This document shows positions 25,399 through 29,094 of a stretch of DNA of 29,094 bases, piece after piece. The notes under the pieces are model-generated. The model made no database searches and was not told the origin of the DNA. It saw only the letters and a list, made by a program, of their open reading frames with translations. Positions within the stretch are counted from its first letter, which is position 1, and every line of letters begins with the position of its first letter. Source of the stretch: Eubacteriales bacterium (GTDB lineage: Bacteria > Bacillota > Clostridia > Oscillospirales > UMGS1783); assembly GCA_045612825.1 (NCBI GenBank), contig JAZKZU010000029.1, positions 1 through 29,094 of the forward strand, written 5' to 3'. A program made the translations under genes and the position numbers.

Positions 25399-25416
25399 GC
25401 ACAAGGCTTGCTTTTT
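25390..25416. terminator. Terminator hairpin AAAAAGCAAGC-ACAAG-GCTTGCTTTTT (shares core with the boundary repeats)
   Basis: Perfect 11-bp inverted repeat downstream of the 25439..25675 gene. Confidence 0.75.
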
Positions 25417-25438
25417 AATTTAGGAATAGTTCTTAGTT

Positions 25439-25675
25439 TTACAGATTACGGGATTGTTTCCACTCATCGGCCTTGGCTTGGCTCATTCTCTTGATGTTTT
25501 CCTGCGGATAGGGAGAATTCTCGCCGCCGTTGACATAGAGGAACAGCTTGCCATCCTGCATTTGATAGAGGGTTTCCTCAAAGCCGTTCGGCTCGCCAAA
25601 GGCGCCCTCGGTGTATTTAGCTACGGGAGTAGCGGTAGCCGTATCATATTCCACTTTGCAGATAATTTTTTTCAT
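25439..25675 (-). CDS. Small conserved hypothetical protein (78 aa)
   Basis: AAGGAG RBS; MKKII..VEYDT.TA...EETLY....GK.FLY..GG..SPY pattern recalled from small clostridial/phage hypothetical proteins. Confidence 0.75.
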   Translation of the reverse strand: MKKIICKVEYDTATATPVAKYTEGAFGEPNGFEETLYQMQDGKLFLYVNGGENSPYPQENIKRMSQAKADEWKQSRNL

Positions 25676-25765
25676 GATCGTTTCTCCTTCGTTTGATTTC
25701 GCTTATAGTATACCATATTTTTGAGAAAGAATAAAGTCGGTTTTGGTCTTTTTTTTGCTGTAATG

Positions 25766-25794
25766 TTGCCGATATGCAAAAAAGAAGGTATAAT
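25766..25794 (+). promoter_or_regulatory. sigmaA promoter for rsmE-rsmF
   Basis: TTGCCG, 17-nt spacer, TATAAT. Confidence 0.6.
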
Positions 25795-25824
25795 ATAGGA
25801 AAAGAATGAGTAAGGCGGTAGATT

Positions 25825-26565
25825 ATGTATAATTTTTTTGTGGAGGAATCGGCGCAGCAAGAGGGTCGGTTTGTGATTACGGGAGATGATTACAACCACA
25901 TTTGTCACGTGTTGCGGATGCAGGCGGGCGACACTTTTTTAGTGAGCTGCGCCGGATTTTCCCATTTGTGCCAACTGGAGACGGTGGAGGGGGATGCGGT
26001 TATTGCCCGCATGATTGAAGAAAACGTGCAGAACACCGAACTACCCGTTCACTTTTACCTGTTCCAAGGCTTGCCCAAGGGGGATAAGCTGGAGTTGATT
26101 ATTCAAAAGACGGTGGAATTGGGTGTGGCCGGCATCATTCCGGTAGAAATGAGCCGCTGTGTGGTAAAGCTGGACGAAAAGAAGAAGCGTTCCAAGCAGG
26201 CGCGCTGGCAGGCCATTGCCGAGAGTGCGGCCAAGCAGAGCAAGCGCAATCGGATTCCTACCGTTTCCGAGGTGTTGTCATACTCGCAGGCCTTAGCGAA
26301 GGCCAAGGAAATGGATTTGTTTTTTGTCCCTTACGAGAACGAACGGGGCATGGAGGCGACCATGGAGGCGCTGGCGCAGATTCGGTCGGGGATGTCGGTG
26401 GGCATCCTGATTGGGCCGGAGGGCGGCTTTGATGAGCGTGAGATTTTACAAGCCAAAGAGGTTGGCGGGCAAATCCTATCTTTAGGCAAGAGGATTCTGC
26501 GTGCCGAGACGGCGGCGGTGACGGCCGTTGGCATGGGCATGTTGCACGTGGAGATGAATCTATGA
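25825..26565 (+). CDS. rsmE: 16S rRNA m3U1498 methyltransferase
   Basis: HICHVLRM, QGLPKGDKLELIIQKTVELGV, AESAAKQSKR, IGPEGGF, LGKRILRAETA. Confidence 0.95.
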   Translation: MYNFFVEESAQQEGRFVITGDDYNHICHVLRMQAGDTFLVSCAGFSHLCQLETVEGDAVIARMIEENVQNTELPVHFYLFQGLPKGDKLELIIQKTVELGVAGIIPVEMSRCVVKLDEKKKRSKQARWQAIAESAAKQSKRNRIPTVSEVLSYSQALAKAKEMDLFFVPYENERGMEATMEALAQIRSGMSVGILIGPEGGFDEREILQAKEVGGQILSLGKRILRAETAAVTAVGMGMLHVEMNL

Positions 26566-27914
26566 GAGAGTTGCCGACCGCTTTTACCGAGCGCATGAAG
26601 CATTTGCTCGGTGCGGAATTTGATGAGTACTTAGCCTGCTACGACAAAGCGGCCGAGAGAGCCTTTCGGGTAAACACCGACAAAATCTCGGTTGCCGATT
26701 TTCTTGCGGTAGATCCTTTTGGTTCTACCCCTGTTCCCTATGTGGCCAATGGGTTTTATCTGCATACTGACGGCATCGGCCATCATCCCTTTCATCATGC
26801 GGGGGCGATCTACGCGCAGGATCCCGGTGCAATGGCGGCCGTTGAATGTTTAACGGTACAGCCCGACTGGTGGGTATTGGATCTGTGCGCCGCACCCGGT
26901 GGTAAGTCGGGACAAATTAAAAACAAACTGGGGCCCGATGGCCTGTTGATTTCCAATGAAATTATTCCGTCCCGTTGCAAAATTCTGACGGGGAACGTGG
27001 AGCGGTTGGGGCTGACCCGCACGGCGACCACCTGTTTAGAGCCGGCGGCCATGGCCCAGCGGTTTCCGAAAACCTTTGATTGCATTATCGTGGATGCGCC
27101 CTGTTCGGGCGAGGGGATGTTCCGCAAGGACAACCCTGCCATAGAACAATGGAGTGAGGAGAACGTGACCCGTTGTGCCGAGCGGCAAAAGGAGATTTTG
27201 GAGCAGGCGGCGTTGGCCCTGCGGGCGGGCGGCACGATCCTCTATGCGACCTGCACCTTTTCCTTGGAAGAAAATGAAATGGTTGTGGATGATTTTCTTC
27301 AAAAGCACCCAACCTTTACCCTTGTTCCCGTGCCCGATGCCGTTATCGCTCACACATCAGACGGCATTGCTTTTGACGGCTGCCATTGCCAGACCCTTTC
27401 CCATGCGCGGCGGTTCTATCCGCACAAGAGTCGGGGCGAGGGGCAGTTCATGGCGGTACTGAAGGACACCGCTCCTTCTCTGCCCCGCCCGACCATTTCC
27501 CGCACAACGGGCAAGGCGGATGCGGTGGTTGTGGATTTTCTGAAAGACACATTGAAGAATATCGATATGTCGCTCTTGGGGGTGCATAAGGGGAATGCGG
27601 TATATGCGCCGCCGAGCCTGCCGTTGGAGCATTGCACGGCCTTTTCTTGCGGCGTAGCCATTGGAGAGGTGCGCAAAAATTATCTGCTGCCCCATCACCA
27701 GTTTTTCATGGCGTTAGGACAGCAGTTTAACCGACGTATTGAATTATCGCTTGATCATCCTGACCTGCTTCGCTATTTGCGGGGTGAGGAGATTGCGGCC
27801 GATTGCGGCAACGGCTGGGCGGTTGTTACCGTTTGCGGCTGTGCCGTAGGTGGCGCTAAGGTCAGCGGGGGTCGGGCCAAGAATCATTATCCCAAAGGGC
27901 TTAGGGAGTGGTGA
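26562..27914 (+). CDS. rsmF: RsmF/NOL1/NOP2-family 16S rRNA m5C methyltransferase
   Basis: DLCAAPGGKS, DAPCSGEGMFRK, YATCTF, GEGQFMA, C-terminal YLRGE and KNHYPKGLR; ATGA overlap with rsmE. Confidence 0.9.
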   Translation: MRELPTAFTERMKHLLGAEFDEYLACYDKAAERAFRVNTDKISVADFLAVDPFGSTPVPYVANGFYLHTDGIGHHPFHHAGAIYAQDPGAMAAVECLTVQPDWWVLDLCAAPGGKSGQIKNKLGPDGLLISNEIIPSRCKILTGNVERLGLTRTATTCLEPAAMAQRFPKTFDCIIVDAPCSGEGMFRKDNPAIEQWSEENVTRCAERQKEILEQAALALRAGGTILYATCTFSLEENEMVVDDFLQKHPTFTLVPVPDAVIAHTSDGIAFDGCHCQTLSHARRFYPHKSRGEGQFMAVLKDTAPSLPRPTISRTTGKADAVVVDFLKDTLKNIDMSLLGVHKGNAVYAPPSLPLEHCTAFSCGVAIGEVRKNYLLPHHQFFMALGQQFNRRIELSLDHPDLLRYLRGEEIAADCGNGWAVVTVCGCAVGGAKVSGGRAKNHYPKGLREW

Positions 27915-28686
27915 CATCCACATCAATATCGCCCGTGCCGGTGTGAATTTCACACAGACCGCCCTCGGTGCTTTGAGGAACGGACACATCACCGGTATTG
28001 GTTTGGGCAACAAAGACTTTCGGGGACAACAGCAGGCCGACGACATCGCCGGTTGTGGTTCTTATCTTGAGCCGTTCGGCGTCGCACCCCTCTAAGAAAA
28101 TATCGCCCGTGCCCGTTTGAGCCGAAAACTCTTGGGCGGCAATCACGTTTTTCAGATGGATGTCGCCCGTAGTGGCGGTAGCGTTGATATTCTTGACTTG
28201 TATATCGGTCAAGTTCATATCGCCCGTAGACAGGGTAAGATCACATACCTTGGCCGAGAGGGTTTCGACCTGTATATCGGCGGTACTCGCCGTAACCGAT
28301 ACCGTTTCGTACGTGGCCTTGGGAAGATAGACGGTTATTTGCGGAGATTGGAAGGAAAAACGGATGTGTTCGTACCATGCTCGGGTATCGATTACCTGAA
28401 TGGTCAGCGTATTGTCCTTAACCTCAACGGTATGTTTGACCTTTTCCTGCTCAAAGCAGACCACGGCTGTGGCGCTTTCTTCGGTAGGAAGAATGGTTAG
28501 GTTTGTCGTATCGACATTTATCGATATATTATGGTAAGGGCCTTGGATTTGGTGGGTGTTGGTTTCAAATTTCGTGGTTTGCAGATTAAGGAAATCCCAT
28601 TTTTGTGACATCATGACACCTACGAACAGCATTCCGCCGACTACGATCAGCACAGCGGCCAGTATCAACCATTGTTTTCTATTCAT
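27901..28686 (-). CDS. DUF4097 family beta-strand repeat protein
   Basis: N-terminal TM segment; repeated T-T-G-D-[IVM] motifs; GGAGGG RBS and ATGA overlap place the start at 28686. Confidence 0.85.
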   Translation of the reverse strand: MNRKQWLILAAVLIVVGGMLFVGVMMSQKWDFLNLQTTKFETNTHQIQGPYHNISINVDTTNLTILPTEESATAVVCFEQEKVKHTVEVKDNTLTIQVIDTRAWYEHIRFSFQSPQITVYLPKATYETVSVTASTADIQVETLSAKVCDLTLSTGDMNLTDIQVKNINATATTGDIHLKNVIAAQEFSAQTGTGDIFLEGCDAERLKIRTTTGDVVGLLLSPKVFVAQTNTGDVSVPQSTEGGLCEIHTGTGDIDVDVTTP

Positions 28687-29094
28687 TTCTCCGCCCTCCG
28701 TACCAGCTTTTTGGTTAGCCTTAGCGTACCGACCGTAGCGGCTTTGCATCCGTAAAAGAGGAAGATGCCAAGACCGGCACAGACAAGGCCGGCGCCGATC
28801 AGCGCAAGCCCTGCGGGCACATTTCCGCTGCAGGACAGGATGATGCCGCCAACGATCCCGCCCAAGGCACTGCCGAGAAGAGCGGCAAAGACGGCCCAGA
28901 AGGAAATCAGAACGGTCCACAGCGACAAGTATAAAGCGAAAACTACGGCAGCGGCGGCAATCAGCAGCGAACCCCAAACGGGAAGGCCGAGAATCAGCAG
29001 GACGATGACGCCTGCATTTTTCTTTTTCTTGGGGGTTGCAGCTTTGATCTGGGCAATAATCCCGTCGATATTGCCAATTTCGGCCACGGCCGCT
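28683..29094 (-). CDS. DUF1700-type membrane protein (5' truncated by window edge)
   Basis: Hydrophobic C-terminal half coupled to DUF4097; DUF1700-DUF4097 is a common gene pair (usually after padR). Confidence 0.7.
   Translation of the reverse strand, partial: AAVAEIGNIDGIIAQIKAATPKKKKNAGVIVLLILGLPVWGSLLIAAAAVVFALYLSLWTVLISFWAVFAALLGSALGGIVGGIILSCSGNVPAGLALIGAGLVCAGLGIFLFYGCKAATVGTLRLTKKLVRRAEK

Noticed and set aside
27920-28300. Recurrent ATCGCCCGT-like short repeats
   Set aside because: They are the reverse complement of the repeated T-G-D codons in the DUF4097 protein, so they are coding repeats.

Overview
A 29-kb chromosomal window from a moderately GC-rich Bacillota/Clostridia-type bacterium, probably a gut organism (inferred from the protein families and sigmaA-type promoters). 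Most of it is housekeeping and transport: livM(partial)-livG-livF, COG2426, a CDF and an AEC transporter, ppa, dCMP deaminase, a PstS-like lipoprotein, a probable operon (M18 aminopeptidase, ltaE, SDR resembling bile-acid 12alpha-HSDH, FemABX), a CofE-like ligase, a MacB-like fused ABC transporter, an MFS transporter, rsmE-rsmF and DUF4097/DUF1700. The notable part is an AT-rich accessory region at about 20.66-24.11 kb, between the convergent 3' ends of the ABC and MFS genes. It is split into two modules by three copies of one 11-bp/5-nt-loop hairpin, and each flanking gene has its stop codon inside an outer repeat copy. Both modules end in a ~155-bp unit: a sigmaA promoter whose predicted +1 falls at the start of a 92-nt rod-shaped structured sequence (candidate unannotated ncRNA). 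One copy is fused into, and truncates, an XRE HTH gene at a 9-nt shared core. All four cargo proteins carry Cys metal-binding motifs, including two exact RanBP2-type zinc fingers. No integrase, rRNA, tRNA or CRISPR array was seen. All family assignments come from motif recognition, not database searches.
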